From positions 356,122-420,121 of the forward strand of contig CAVQYT010000007.1 in the NCBI GenBank assembly GCA_963718335.1: DNA of 64,000 bases, read 5' to 3'. Shown here piece by piece: positions 63,057-64,000 of the stretch. The stretch's first letter is position 1; every line of letters starts with the position of its first letter. The notes beneath the pieces were generated by a model. That model saw only the letters and a list, made by a program, of their open reading frames with translations. It was not told the origin of the DNA and did no database searches. The position numbers were made by a program, and so were the translations under genes. Source of the stretch: Methanobacteriota archaeon. GTDB lineage: Archaea; Methanobacteriota; Methanobacteria; Methanobacteriales; Methanobacteriaceae.

Positions 63057-64000
63057 CTATTCTTCCAGTGTTGAGGTGTCTCCCAGATCTTTTCCTTCTT
63101 CCTGGGCTCTCAGTATTCTTCTCATTATCTTTCCACTTCTGGTTTTGGGAAGTGCATCCACCTGGGTGATTTCTCCCATGACTGCAACCGGTCCTAATTC
63201 ATGCCGTACATGTTTTTTGAGTTCTTCTATCAATTTACCGCTCAATTTAGTTCCCTGCTGCAGGATTAAGAATGCCTTAATCACTTCTCCTTTTATTGGA
63301 TCGGCTTTACCAATTACAGCCGCTTCCACAACTGATGGATGGCTGACAAATGCAGATTCTACCTCGGAAGTACCTATTCTATGTCCTGCAATTTTCAAGA
63401 CATCGTCTGATCTTCCCTGTATCCAGAAATATCCGTCTTCATCCTTACGGGCCATATCTCCTGCGGTGTAAACACCACCGGGAACTACTTCCCAGTAGGT
63501 TTTGAGGTATCTATCCGGATCCTTGTACAGGGTTCTGAGCATGGAAGGCCATGGTGTTTTAATTACCAGCAGTCCACCTTTACCCAGGGGAACAGGATTT
63601 CCTTCCTCATCCACTACATCAGCTTCAATTCCAGGAAGTGCCATGGTAGCTGAACCTGGTTTAAGAGGAGTTACTGGTAGAGGTGAAATCATATGCATTC
63701 CTGTTTCGGTCTGCCACCAGGTGTCCATAATGGGTATTTCTCCCCCTCCAATAGTTTCATGGTACCACATCCAGGCTTCTGGATTTATAGGCTCCCCAAC
63801 GCTTCCCAAAATTTTGATGGATGAGAGATCATATTTTTTGGGATATTTTTTACCAAATCTCATGAGATGTCTTATGGCTGTTGGAGCGGTATAGAATTTG
63901 GTTACTCCATATTTCTCCACCACGTTCCACCAGGCACCTGGATCAGGATAATCAGGAGCTCCTTCATACATCAAAGTTGTAGTACCTAGGAGCAGTGGTC
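63057..64000 (-). CDS. acs: Acetyl-CoA synthetase (AMP-forming), C-terminal part; the gene continues beyond the window
   Basis: The frame stays open upstream of the track start (..[18 protein letters not shown]). Also [43 protein letters not shown] and [12 protein letters not shown]. Confidence 0.92.
   Translation of the reverse strand, partial: PLLLGTTTLMYEGAPDYPDPGAWWNVVEKYGVTKFYTAPTAIRHLMRFGKKYPKKYDLSSIKILGSVGEPINPEAWMWYHETIGGGEIPIMDTWWQTETGMHMISPLPVTPLKPGSATMALPGIEADVVDEEGNPVPLGKGGLLVIKTPWPSMLRTLYKDPDRYLKTYWEVVPGGVYTAGDMARKDEDGYFWIQGRSDDVLKIAGHRIGTSEVESAFVSHPSVVEAAVIGKADPIKGEVIKAFLILQQGTKLSGKLIEELKKHVRHELGPVAVMGEITQVDALPKTRSGKIMRRILRAQEEGKDLGDTSTLEE

Noticed and set aside
1-64000. I searched by eye for tRNA, rRNA, CRISPR arrays, transposases, integrases and prophage genes.
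   Set aside because: No GC-rich structured islands appear in the intergenic regions, no regular repeat-spacer pattern is present, and no ORF has recombinase or transposase motifs. Small ncRNAs cannot be excluded without covariance-model searches.

Overview
This is a densely coding, low-GC window that looks like the chromosome of a methanogenic archaeon, most likely Methanobacteriales (Methanobacterium-like). The markers are an FprA-type flavodiiron protein, archaeal phosphopantothenate synthetase, archaeal class III signal peptides, a Dph6/MJ0570-type ATPase, a bacterial-type UvrABC set and a receiver-PAS regulator with a methanogen-type output region. I saw no rRNA, tRNA, CRISPR array, transposase or integrase. 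Main content by position: pyrG 3' end (1-364). A pilin-type locus (371-8176) with an A24 signal peptidase and six proteins carrying class III signal-peptide-like N-termini, but no secretion ATPase or platform gene. A CoA-related cluster (10.8-12.5 kb). A response regulator / KaiC-like pair beside uvrC (14.2-18.1 kb). uvrB and uvrA, with uvrA broken by one in-frame TAA (19.9-24.8 kb). Housekeeping and transport genes, including a frameshifted MFS transporter. A metallophosphoesterase/Lhr helicase repair pair split by a ~2.1 kb segment that carries a HEAT-repeat gene and leaves a decayed copy of the phosphoesterase 3' half. An accessory-looking stretch (43.6-48.8 kb) with orphan genes, a decayed receiver-domain gene and a tight five-gene operon (methyltransferase-HIT-MetX-like-small protein-phosphoesterase). 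fprA, a histidine kinase, mgtE, and a DtxR-FeoA/feoB operon with a DtxR-type palindrome at its start. An acetate transporter and the acs 3' part at the window end. The best candidates for poorly described biology are the ATPase-less pilin locus with very large prepilin-like proteins, the rearranged MPE-Lhr locus and the five-gene operon. All family assignments come from reading motifs by eye, and no database search was run.
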